Both the position numbers and the translations under genes were made by a program. A stretch of DNA of 64,000 nucleotides from Octopus sinensis (Eukaryota), in the NCBI RefSeq assembly GCF_006345805.1, contig NC_042999.1, positions 95,480,001 through 95,544,000 of the forward strand, given 5' to 3'. The notes beneath the pieces were generated by a model that saw nothing but the letters and a program-made list of their open reading frames with translations, searched no databases and was not told the origin of the DNA. The stretch's first letter is position 1; each line of letters begins with the position of its first letter. Below are positions 12,745-24,450 of this stretch, in pieces.

Positions 12745-13222
12745 AAAGGGCTTAGTAAAATAAATTACTTTGCCGCATACTGAACTCATTAGAAATAGCA
12801 GCCAAAAAACTTTTTTAAAACTATTTCTAATACTTAAAGAAAATCTCTCTCATATATAGCGTTTGCTTAATTCAACTCACAAAAGTTTGGGGGTAAGGAC
12901 ATCGAAAAATCAAATGCTAAGGTTATTCGAGAACGTACGTTTCAAGATTAGTCAAAACAACATTTCTATCATCGGCTCAGAAATTCCTTGGTTTGGATTT
13001 GGAAACACTGAAAATAAGAACATACCCTCTCGAAGATCTGCTCCCAACTAACAGTGCCAACAAATTCAAATAAGCAAGCGAAGAATCTCTGTTCTCCCCT
13101 TTCCACCAGCGTGGGTTAAAATCATCAAACACTATGCTTATTTCGGTAAAATCCGAAGCATTAATCAGAGGGAGATTAATTATAATTTCAACAATTGAGG
13201 GCAAAATTAATTAATTATTAAT
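12745..13222 (-). mobile_element. pLTR-like unit between (TA)n arrays, with hammerhead motif at 12929-12978
   Basis: Minus: GAG CCGATGA T AGA...TCT T GAAAC GTAC GTT CTC. Shares ttagaaatagcagcca with the segment at about 8035-8110. Confidence 0.6.
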
Positions 13223-13312
13223 CAATATATATATATATATATATAAAAAACATTATTGGTGAATTGAAGAAATGGAGCTGAACGCAGATTGAACAGAAAT
13301 CGTTTTATTTCA

Positions 13313-13392
13313 TTCAACACGTGTTTCGAAAGGCACAAATTACCAAAATCCGATTGAATAATGGGACCATATTGTGTCTTTCTCTTCAGGAA
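13313..13392 (-). ncRNA. Type I hammerhead ribozyme in the PLE pLTR
   Basis: Minus: TTC CTGAAGA GAAAGACACAA...TTGTGCCTTTC GAAAC ACGT GTT GAA. Palindromic helix III AACACGTGTT. Confidence 0.8.
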
Positions 13393-13982
13393 GAAAATAG
13401 GAAATCCGTTGGAAAAACAAAAACAACAGAGGCGGAGCAAAAACAAATCGAACTATGCTCCTAAGAGCCCATGGCGAAACTGTTTATCAGTGTATGTTGA
13501 GAACCGGTGGCTGAAGAATTTAACGGGTCAGGCATCGGTCAATCATGTGGGTGAGGGTGTGTAGGTGTTCTTTGTGACCGAGAATAAAGTTCTGACTATT
13601 TAAGGAATATTGGATGTTTTATAAGGGGCGAGAAAAAATCTACTTAGAGACGTGTGTGTGTGTATACTGTTCTATATATGTGTGTTGGCGTAGGGGTAGA
13701 AAACATTTTTTGTGTACGTGTGTGCGTTTGATCGTTCGGCTGTCAGTGGCTACTGCCGTCAGAACCGTTGGGTGGCAGAAAAAATATATATATATATTAT
13801 GTTTTATGTGTGTGTGTGTTCATCTAAGCCTGCCTTGTCAAGGAAACCCTCCGCTGTGAAAAAACCAAGCCCCGTTTGTCTTACAGGAGTAATTCCCCTT
13901 GCAGTGGCTAATCGTAGATATCTTAAAGGCTATTTCAGAATTTGTTACCAAGGGCTATGGGTGCCGGTATTATTTATAAACG

Positions 13983-16638
13983 CTATTTAAAAGCCAGATA
14001 AGTGTAGCGCCGCCAATGGGGGCATCGAAAAGCCGACTGTAAAAGCCCGTTTACCATCCGGCCTCTGGCAAACAAAATATGGAAGAGTTCGGAGACACAA
14101 GGTTGCACTGCCTTCTGCCCCTATCAAATGGGAGGGCCACCGACAAAATTGACCATTCCAGCCTGTAGCTTAAGTTCGTATCCTTCAGTCGCCATATTAG
14201 CTTACTGAGTCCCGTGGTCTGGCGCTTGTTCATGTCCCGAAAAGTTGCGTAATGGTTGGAGACACGCAAAGACAATCTTGAGGATGAGGCCCCTACATAA
14301 GTGAAGACATCTGAGTCCGTGTAAACCTTGCATTGGTAGACGGCGTTTTTGATCTTGGAGTTCGCCGACGTGAATCTTATTCTGCTAGGATTAGTTTCTG
14401 AAATTAGAACTGCGTTCCTGTCACTATATTCGTTCCGAGACCTGCAGCCGCTTACTACTCTATTTTCCACTACGTCACTATTAACTATAGGAATAACCCC
14501 TGATTCTCCACTATCTATCAGAGTGCTGTCATTGCTACTGCCTGTGGTGCTGCTATTGCGGGAAATGATGCTGGGGATGCTATTGGGGCTCTCTACCCTA
14601 CTCCCATTGTTACCGTCAACCACAACACCCCTATTTATAACTATACCCCTAGTGGGTACTCCCTGGCTGGAGCTGAGATTATGTGTCACTGTACTGGCTC
14701 TCATATCATTATTACTACTATAACTATTCCTACTGAGCATTAAACCGGGAGCGGAAGAGGCTGTGCCTCCGGAAAAAGGTGATAGGGTCTTAGTAAGTAG
14801 CCTATTATTATGGGAGGCGATTATCTGGGCGAGGTTTTTAGTGTTGGAGAAAGCTCTCCTAACTTTATGCGAGTTAACCGTGGAGTAATATTTGGAATTT
14901 CTGGGGAAGTTATTGGCGATGGCTTGTCTAAACATGAGGGGGAGGTTAGTTCTAATCTGCTTACCAAAGGGGATTACAAACCATATATGCTTATTCCTAT
15001 CAGTGTGATGGGTCGGGACGCCAGCTCTCGCGTTCGGGTGGGTGATTCTCGGATGAACAACGGGTCTTGGGTTAGTGTAAGACCTCCCGGACCGATAATT
15101 ATCCTTGTTCGATAAATTAAATGCGGGAGCGACTACCCCGGCATCCGCCGCGCTCCCGTCCTTACTTAAAATGTTAATGTTATTATATACGGCCCTATCC
15201 TGATGACCGAATGATGGCATCGGAAGGGCCGGATCAATATAAATTACCTTCTGCCTATAACCGGCCTTGGATAGTGCGGCGTTATAAAATTCCGCTTTCT
15301 GCTTAAAAATAACGGCACTGGCGGACAAGCCAGACAATCTTAGAGAGATGTTTTTAACCAAATTGTCTGTTACGGTTTTGGCATGATTTGAGAAGACACT
15401 GACATACTTCAAATTAGTGGAAGGCTTATGGTAAGGGCAGTATGAGTCGCTATTAAGGTTAAGTGTAACGTCTAGGAAATTAGCCTTGGTGAGTTCATTA
15501 TCAAAAACTATACTCATGCCCATTCTATTAAAAAACCTAGCTAACCTGCTCTTAGTTTTCTGCACTATTCTGTTCGTGGTGTTTTGCAGGTAAAACAGAC
15601 AATCGTCACGATACAGGCCGCCCGCGATCTCCGGGAATTGGTCGGACAATTCGTAGAGAATATATATTCCGACCAAATCGGCTATCTGCGCACTATCCGA
15701 ACTACCCAAAGGCACATCAAATTCATTGGGAGTATCTTTACGGATCCACAACTTATTATCAAACTTAATAAACGATTTCCTGGCAACTAAAATGATATCT
15801 ATCTCTTCTCTGGTGAGGCCAGCCTTGTTGTGAGCATGCCAGAGGGCCTTATTTAGCACACTAGGGTTAATCGAGAGGTAGAAGCTGGCGATATCAAACT
15901 GAATGAACCTAGTACGGTTCTTATTGGGGATGGAAGAGAACCACTTCACTACCTGCGAGGAGTTGGCCCAGAGGCTGAGCTTCAGCTTGTTTACTAAACT
16001 AGGGATATATTTATCTAAAATGTACTTACTGATTATCCCGATATCAGATCTAGCAGGGCATATGAGTCTTAGCGCTGGGTTGGTGTGGAAGTTCGGTTTA
16101 TGGTCCTTCACTATAAATCTGGGTTGCTTAGGGCTAAGCGGCTGAGTTCTCATTTGAATTCGGTGTTTAAATATTATTTCCTTAATTTCCAAGTTTACCT
16201 TCCTCAGGGTACTCCAATTGGTTTTTCTATAATTTTTCTTGATCTCTTTACCGAGTAAATCTAGGTACTGCTTAATGGGCATCTTGTATGTGTTCCTGGT
16301 CTTGTCGGACTGGACCAGGACTCCGTCCGTTCTATTAATATCCTTGGTAATTTTATCTAGGTATCTGAGGTGGGCATTTCTCCTGGGTGACTTCCTGAAC
16401 TTAATCTTTCTAACTATGTCCTACAAGTCGTCCGCAAACTTCTTCAGTCTTGGGTTAGGTGGCGGCGTATCCAATGTTTTAAAAAGCCAGCCGTATTCGG
16501 ACGATGCTGTTGTCCGGTTTGATTTTAGATCTTCGTTCTCATGGAAGAAAATGAGCCATCTTATCCTGTTTATGAATGCGTTGGTTTTACAAACCAACTC
16601 CTTAAGGAAGGCATCCTTCGGTGGTATAGGAATATCCT
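13983..16638 (-). pseudogene. PLE reverse transcriptase-GIY-YIG endonuclease ORF (~880 codons; one TAG, one 1-bp deletion)
   Basis: Motifs KDIPIP, SDKT, KDHKPNF, FIQFDIASFY, FDVPLGS, GLYRDDCL, NFLDVTL, AVYQ...TYVG...LRVSNH. Track ORFs 16421-16675 and 14051-16282 are in the same frame across the TAG at 16421-16423. Restoring one T near 14099 gives CNLCVSELFHIL...FRCPH...FK*. Confidence 0.9.
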
Positions 16639-16651
16639 TATATATATATAT

Positions 16652-17120
16652 ACTTCGAGTTTTTCTCACCGGCATATGGTGGAAGCTGTTTTCTGTACAT
16701 TTTCAGTGATTATTGCCCCTGTGCATCTGTCGCACACAAAAACTGTCTTCCCATTTAGCCTTCCATTGATATTGCTGCACCTTGAATGTGTCTATATCTT
16801 ACACCGGGTACATCTTATGGAGGTTCTATGTACCCCTTTTCTACAGATCAAGCAGGGCTGTCTACCCGAAGGGGTTTGTGATTTATGTGTCTTCTTACTT
16901 ACTAAGACTTTGGTTTTTCCTAGACTGACTCCAAGGACCTTCAATTCTAGACCTTGCTTCCACACCAGAAACTTCTCCAATTTTGATAGTAACTCGGTTA
17001 TTAGTGCAAGGTCGTCAGCATAGAGGAGCTCCCAGTGGCATCCTCTTTTAAATTCTTCTGTTATTGCCTGGAGGACTGTGATGAATAAGAGGGGGCTGAG
17101 GACTGATCTCGATGGACCCC
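16652..17120 (-). mobile_element. RTE LINE RT fragment
   Basis: SVLSPLLFI...WELLYADDL...KVSLGKTKVLVS-like reading and a PCLICRKGV Cys motif. Its end is homologous to 40630-40684. Confidence 0.85.
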
Positions 17121-17127
17121 TATGTAT

Positions 17128-17167
<40 letters not shown>

Positions 17168-17412
17168 GTGTGTGTGTATGTATAAGTATATATATGTGTG
17201 TGTATGTTTATATATAAACTTTTAGATTATTTTTATATTTTTTATGCTTATATTTGAGAATACTGATAGTTTGAACTTTTGAATGTATTTTGTATGTGTT
17301 TGAGATCACTAAGCATGAGAGAAAATATAGAATTATGTAACATCTGCTTCAGTTAAAAGCTTTGTGAGTGGATTTGGAAGATGGAAACTGAAAGAAAATA
17401 GACATATATATA

Positions 17413-18900
17413 CAGGGGTTGGACAAAATAATGGAAACACCTTAAAATTTCCAACAAATTTATTTTAATATGGAGTAGGACTGCCTTTTGCAGTAATTAC
17501 AACTTGAATTCAATGAGGTATGGACTCATACAAAATTTGAATTGTTTCCAAAGGAATTTTTGTCCATTCTTCAGCTAAAACAGTCTCCAGTTCTTGTAGT
17601 GATGATGGTGGAGGATATCGACTCTTTACTTATTTTTCTACAATGCACCATAAATGTTTAATAATATTGAGATCTGAGGACTGTGGTGGCCAGATAAAAT
17701 GTTCTTTGTGCCATTCAGTAACAACTTTAGCTATGTGAATTGGTGCATTATCATCCTAAAAGATTGCATTTCTCTCTGGAAACAGTTCCACAACCATAGG
17801 ATGAATTTGATCAGATAAAATGCTTAAATAGTCTTGAATATTAATTCTGCCATGAAGGGAAGCCATTGGGCCAGCAGATTTCCAAGATATGGGCCCCCCC
17901 CACCCAGATCATCACAGATCCTCCTCCATGTTTAACAGTTGGAAGAAGGCAGTCTGGGTCAAATGCTTGTTTTAGCTGTTTCCACACCTTTACTCGGCCA
18001 GTAGTCAGAAATAAGGTAAAGGATGACTCGTCCAAGAAAATAACATACTCTCTAGGGACCAATTCATATTTCTTTACTGCCCACAAGGAGCTACACAGAG
18101 AGGGGACCAATAAGGACAGACAAATGGATTAAGTCGATTATATCGACCCCAGTGTGTAAGTGGTTCTTATTTAATCGATCTCAAAAGGATGAAAGGCAAA
18201 GTCGACCTCAGCGGAATTTGAACTCAGAACGTAGCGACAGACGAAATACTGCTAAGCATTTCGCCCGGTGTACTAATGTTTCTGCCAGTTTGCCGCCTTG
18301 GACCAATTCTGTAGGTTTTTACTCCGCTCTAAACACTTTGCAACGTTTGTTTTTGAAAGTAGTGGTTTTCTGATTGCAACCCTCCCATGAAATCTAGCTT
18401 TGTGCTGCTCCCAGTGAACAGTTTTTGTGGAAACTGAGTTCACAAGGTGGTCATTAAGCTCTGCGGTAATTTTGAGAGCTGTACTTTTGTGATCTTTTCT
18501 AACAATTTGCATTAGAGTCCGACTGTCCATCTGAAAGTTTGGGTTTTCTTCCAGAATTTTGTTTTGATGAGGAGGTTTTCCCTCTTTCTCAAAGGCTGTC
18601 ATTACTTTCAAGACAGTACTTCTTGATACATCAAACATTTTGGCTGTTTTCATTATGCTAGTGCCTGCCATACAAGCACCAACAATTTTGACCTCTGAGA
18701 GTCCAATAGATCTGTCATTTTAATGAATTTTAATTACCTTTTTCTGATGAATATGAAAAAAACAGCAATTTTAGCAAAACATATTAAGCAACACTAAATA
18801 AAAAGAACATAAAAATAAACAAGCTTATGGTGATTTTATAGATATTTCATAATTATGATGATATGATGCCCGGTGTTTCCATTATTTTATCCAACCCCTG
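17413..18900 (-). mobile_element. Tc1-like DNA transposon, full length, degraded transposase
   Basis: TA|CAGGGGTTGGACAAAATAATGGAAACACC ... GGTGTTTCCATTATTTTATCCAACCCCTG|TA. Transposase motifs VIFLDES and TVKHGGGSVMIW plus an HTH region. Confidence 0.95.
18066..18299 (-). mobile_element. tRNA-derived SINE inserted in the Tc1
   Basis: TSD GGACCAATTC at 18056-18065 and 18300-18309; B-box-like GAGTTCAAATTCC on the minus strand. Confidence 0.85.
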
Positions 18901-20893
18901 TATTTATGTGTGTGTGTGTTTGTATCTCCTTGTCTTGACATCACTTGATAGTTATAAATAACTGTCACTGTAATTCGTTTCTCTGAGAACATGTTTGGCC
19001 ATTAGGAAATATGACCTTGCTTGGAAACAACTGAGTTTGTGATGGGAAGGGTATATGGACATATAAAATTTTCCTTAATAAACATATTCAGGCATGATAA
19101 AGTGAATGTTGATATACGTGCACATACACACACACATACATATATATACACACACATACACAAATATTCCCTATGGGTTAAGTTTACCTATTCATGGATA
19201 TTAACTTTGTAAGTTTATTGTGTATTCTATATGGTAGGCTAGCATTTTATGAAAAATGCTGCAAGTGACAACTGTTCAATAACAATTGTTTAACTCAAGG
19301 GTATCATCACCAGTAATATTAACAATGTGTTTTTTAAGCTGAAAAAAGACTTGTTGACTAGTATTCTATATATCTTATGAAGCTAACAAGAAAAGCTGAA
19401 TTTCTTGTCTTTGGAAACAGTTCTCTCCAAAGGAAGGAATGCTCACTTTCTGACATTTACAAAGCACATATGCAACTTATATCAGACCATTGCTCCTACA
19501 TCTTGTAGACTGTAGTTACTTTGCAGTTATATTCTAGATGCATCCTTGTAGAAAGCCACTTGGTTGCTTGGCAAAAATTATTTCACAAATACATTACATC
19601 CACTAGTTTAATGATATGCCAGTTCCTTTTTATCTCATTTTCTAAAATGGTTTCTACTCTTTTAATATAACCATTTGAATAACAATCCTATGAAACTCAT
19701 CCAGTGCACTTGCTTTTACTTTCATCATCTTGACTGTGCCTCATGAAAATCCCACACTTAACAATTTAGTATCAAACCTTTCTACTCAGAGCTCACACTC
19801 CTTTTCAGCTTGCATTTTACTTCTTACGAATATTTGCTGAAATTCAACCTAAATATCAATGAAATTGGCAAATTGGCTTCACAATTCTGCAATATGTAGG
19901 ATTAAAAAGAACATGAGTTTTGTTTTCTGCTTCTGATGAAATAAAAATATGCCTTCCACGAAATACTGCATTGCAGGGCAATATCTGTGAAAGCTGTAGA
20001 TCACATCTGAGTAGCTTTGTCATTACATTTCTGGAACCATAAGTTTCTGACACAATCAGCTACCATTTGTCATTTGTGCATTCCTCACCTTCAGTTATTC
20101 TTACTTCTATTCTACTTCAAATCATTGTTCTTATATTTTTATTATTTTCATTTCTTTCTGTATGTATTGTCATTTGCAAACTTTTTATTACGATACCTAT
20201 TCACTGTTTGTTGAAAAAGACATGCCTGTTGAATACTTGTGCATTGTTTGCAATGTGAGTAACTATCATCATAATGGGAATTTCAAAATTTATTTAGTTT
20301 TATATTGATAGAGATATCTTTGTGCAGCATAGCTAAAAATCTATCATAGATAAAAGACATGGGAATAAGTAGCTAGCAATGTTCTAATCTTGCCTCAAAC
20401 TTTTGTAATCTTCATTTTCTGTTGCTATATTACTTTTTGATAATTTGTTGTTTTCTTATTACAGTAAAAATTATTGCTACATTTTATTTCTCCCTAAAAT
20501 GTTCGCAGTTGTTTATTGCAGAAGAATCTTTCTTTTTAGTATTAATATTTTCAAAATTTAATCTGTGATGGAGAAACTTTCCAAATGTTTTCACTCAGTA
20601 TTATGTCATTATGAAATTTTTCATTTGGAATGAAATATGATTTCATATTCTGATTGATTTTAGCATATTAAAAATATTTTAATATATTAAAAAATAGCAA
20701 CCAGAAAATTTTTATAATGACGCTATAATAAAACAGAATTTAAAAAAATTGACATTCTTCTTCCTGTGTACACATCTTAAATTTAATGTATTTTGAATTT
20801 CTTTTGTACTTTTGTTTCTTTAATGATAATTGTCAAGAATGTTTAGTTATAAATACACATGTATGTATGAATGTATAATAATGTTGTTGCTGC

Positions 20894-20938
<45 letters not shown>

Positions 20939-22222
20939 CATTATTGTTATTATCATTATTGTTAATATTAATATTTTTAGTTTTATTATTATGCTTCTAT
21001 TCTGATACTCTTTATTTAAAGGTTTGCATTTGTAAGGAATATAAATGGCATTGTATTTAATAAATGTATTTGGTTATCTTGGAGATAGATTGCATGCAAC
21101 GAAGTATAGCTACAAATACCTGCTATTATATTTGTTCATCTGTATGATGATATTGGTGTGTAATTGTATTGATCCATTCATATTTGTGTAAAATCACATA
21201 TCCATGCTTAGATGTATGAATGTTTAAATGTATATGGTTATATGCTTTGTATCTTTATTATAAGTTTCTTCAAAATAGATTTAAAATTCATTTCAATGTT
21301 CATGAGTTGGAGAAGCCTACACAGATATATATTCATAACGTAGCTTAAGAGAAATGCCTCATAAGTTTTCAATGGATTATTTCATCTTATAATGTCATTT
21401 TACAGAACTTTACATTTTCATTTGAGCAACATATATTAGTGAAACTGAGAAACTTTTGTTTATTGAATTGTGAGTTTCAGCTTCATGTTTCTGTCTGTGC
21501 TTCGAATCCTACTTAATTTTAGCAATTATTGCAGATAAAGAGTTCTTCCTACAAAATATCCTGCAGTCACTATAGTCTCAGAAGGTACTTCTGTCAGCTC
21601 TCTCTAATCTCTCAGCTTGCATTTTGTCACTCTTGCTTCGTAAATATGAGTGATGGGTTTCAGTTCACCAGAACTCACAGTTTTGCAGATGATGCTATGA
21701 TTTCAGTCAATGTAAATAAAGAAATATATATTAAAGCATTACAGAATGCTCTGGATTTAATACATGGGAATAGAATAATAATATGAAGTTCAGTGTTACA
21801 AGTTTCCATACTCTATTCTGTGAAAAATGATTTTTCAATGAAATGTTTTATATAATCTCAAATATAGAAGCATCCAAAATTCAGAACCACATTTGCATCC
21901 TTCCATACAGATAATAATTATCTTGTACCTACATGCTGTAAGCCATTGGGTTGTGTTGTGAGAAATCACAGTTTCAACAGTAATGGTGACATTGGTTCTG
22001 AGCTGAATAGATTACTGATTGGGACTTTTGACTCAAAATACTTATGGACAAATGATTTTGAAAAAAAAAAAAAGAATATAAAAATATTTCAGAAAGAAAT
22101 CTAAAATACTGTAAATGCCTGAGGTTGTTTACCTACTTCATTTGAAAACCTAGAGAAATATACAATTTTTTTAAACATTTAGGTCAATCTCCAGGTAAAA
22201 TACTGAATTTTAGAGAACATAC

Positions 22223-22902
22223 GAGACAGCTTACTGAGTGCCACAGACCAAATCTGCAGCTGGAGCAAAGTCCCCTTCCAGACCTAGAGTAACATGGTAG
22301 TGGAATAACATGGTAGACAAGGCCATTAGAGCAAAGAAACAGGCCTGGAAAGCCTGGAAGAGTGGGGGTAGCAGGGAACTGTACCAGATAGCCAGAAGGG
22401 AGGCTGGGTGACAGATATATATAGGCAAGGGAGAAGCAGAAAAGAAGTTTGCCAATGTTCAGTGATGTGAGGACCAACGAACTGAAGTATTTCAGATTGC
22501 AAGACAGAGTGTGAGAAAAAATTGTGATGTCACGGGAGAGAAATGTGTCTGCATGGATGATGGTGCACTTGCTTTTAATGATTCTGAAAAGAAAGAGGCT
22601 TTGAGAAGCCATTATGAAAGGCTGCTGAATGTGGAAAATGAATGGGAGGAGGAGAGCCTGCCAAATGATCACCCCATAGAGGGACTAGCTATCCGAATAG
22701 CTAAACGCCTGACTGGCTCCCATGCTGGTGGCATGTAAAAAGCACCCACTACACTCTCGGAGTAGTTGGCATTAGAAAGGGCATCCTACTGTAGAAATAT
22801 TGCCTGATCAGATTGGAACCTGGAGCTTGCCAGTCCCCAGTCAAACCGTCCAACCCATGCCAGCATGAAAAATGGATGTTAGATGATAATGATGATGATG
22901 AT
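22223..22902 (+). mobile_element. Internally deleted RTE (endonuclease-RT linker joined to 3' UTR)
   Basis: PRVTW..N and HYERLLNVENEW motifs, then a jump near 22700 to the 3' UTR and (GAT)n tail. Confidence 0.8.
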
Positions 22903-23299
22903 ACATAAATCAGAGAATTGCCAGCCATCTAATGTTCCATCAGCTGTCAATCCAGAAAAAAACCTTATATAGGCATCCCTGAATCACAATATTTTTCTGT
23001 AACATGAAATTCTATAATGTGAAACATATTTTCTCATTGATTTCCAATTTATAAATTAAGATGCACTCTAATAGAACTTTTTCATAAAATAAATGCAAAC
23101 AAACATATCGTATAACTACATTTTGCATTAAAAAATCAATTTTTTAAATGCACATATTACATTATGTATACATAGAAACATTTAAAGATAAATAAGTTAG
23201 GTAATGAATAAAGTACAGTAATATCATTAGTGTAGAACATACCTCAAATAATGAAATGGTATTGGCTGCTGTATGATAGATGATGATGCAATAGGAGTC

Positions 23300-24450
23300 A
23301 CTGGAGGAAGGGAAGCACTATCATCTGCTCCATAGATCATCAGCATCTACTTCAAGAGTGAAGAACTTATCTGAGATTGGTTGATGTTTACAGTGCACCA
23401 TCTCTTCCTACAGATCTATGGTCAATAGACAAATTCATTATGAACTCTTTGTATAATTTTTGTTTTACTCAAGATTAAGATTGTTATCAGCAAAGACTTG
23501 TATATCTTCCTTTTATAAGTGTTGACTATTTAGGTATATTCTTTGCAGTCAATTAAAGAGGAGTGGGTAAAGCTTTCATATTTCGTTCTTGCTCTGCAAC
23601 TCACTCTTGTTCTAATGTTTCAGCTCCTTATTAGGCAGGCTGTCTCTATGGAAACCAAGCAACTCATCTACATCATCTACTAGGACTTCTTTAAACCTTA
23701 TAGCTGACTTGCTGGGGAAATTCTGTAATGTCACAGATACAGTTTGGCCATTGTTTAGAGCAAAGAAGTATTTTTAGTGATATGTTCCATTCTTGGAAAG
23801 TTCATTTAAGTTCACTGGATGATTTGATGCATTATCATAAAGACCCAATGCTTCTTTAGAAACATTGCACCTGGCATTCTGCAGCCTGACAAAAGAAGTC
23901 TGTAAATAATTTTTGGAAAAGGCTCATAATAATTCAAACATTGTTATTTGAAAGCCAAGTCACAAGTGATGAAACAGCACAGCCTTTAAAAGCCCCTTGA
24001 ATTTGGGGAATGATGCATAAGTAGGAGCTTCAATTATATATTGACAGCAACCTTTTCTTCCACAAGAAACCTCTGACAATTTTCATTAAATTTGAAATCT
24101 GCTGTTACTTTTCTTCACTGAAAATAAATGTTCTAGTAGGCATGCACCTCTAGAAAAGCTCAGGTTCATCAACATTGAATATTTATTCTGGTATACTGTT
24201 TCCTTCAGCAATACTTTTCTTCAGTTCAACTGTATCAGCACTTGTCACTTCACCAGTCAAACCTTTCAAATGAGACTTCAAATAATGAGAGGTTTTGCAT
24301 TTGAAGTTGCAACTTCTATTTATGCAGATTTTCATACAAAACTTTTAGCTTTTGCTTAAAACATTATCATATTTATCAGCGTATTATGTCCAAAATTGTT
24401 CATCAATTCACATATTCAAAAGTCACTCCATTTTAGGTATCACTTCAGCA
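23300..24450 (-). mobile_element. Degraded pogo/Tigger transposase
   Basis: Minus-strand reading LTGEVTSAD...FNVDEPELF*RCMPTRTFI matches the Tigger FNxDETGLFWKxMPxRT motif. Confidence 0.65.

Larger units (their letters stand above)
13248..16638 (-). mobile_element. Penelope-like retroelement, nearly full length (Hydra-type RT signature), flanked by (TA)n
   Basis: RT + GIY-YIG ORF, then a ~740 bp 3' region with a hammerhead. TA arrays at about 13225-13245 and 16639-16652. Confidence 0.9.

Noticed and set aside
12789-12803. TAGAAATAGC resembling the Cas9 sgRNA scaffold (also near 8082)
   Set aside because: Only a 10-nt match, with no rest of the scaffold and no cas genes; it is part of a pLTR-like repeat.
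16421-16423. In-frame stop in the PLE as possible recoding (selenocysteine, as in Naiad PLEs)
   Set aside because: The codon is TAG, not TGA, and the copy also has a frameshift. A point mutation is the simpler explanation.
14349-16709. Plus-strand ORFs antisense to the PLE
   Set aside because: Shadow frames of the RT ORF with no recognisable domains.
19930-19975. Isolated CTGATGA matches (also near 18744 and 50357)
   Set aside because: No helix II, GAAA and helix I arrangement follows them.
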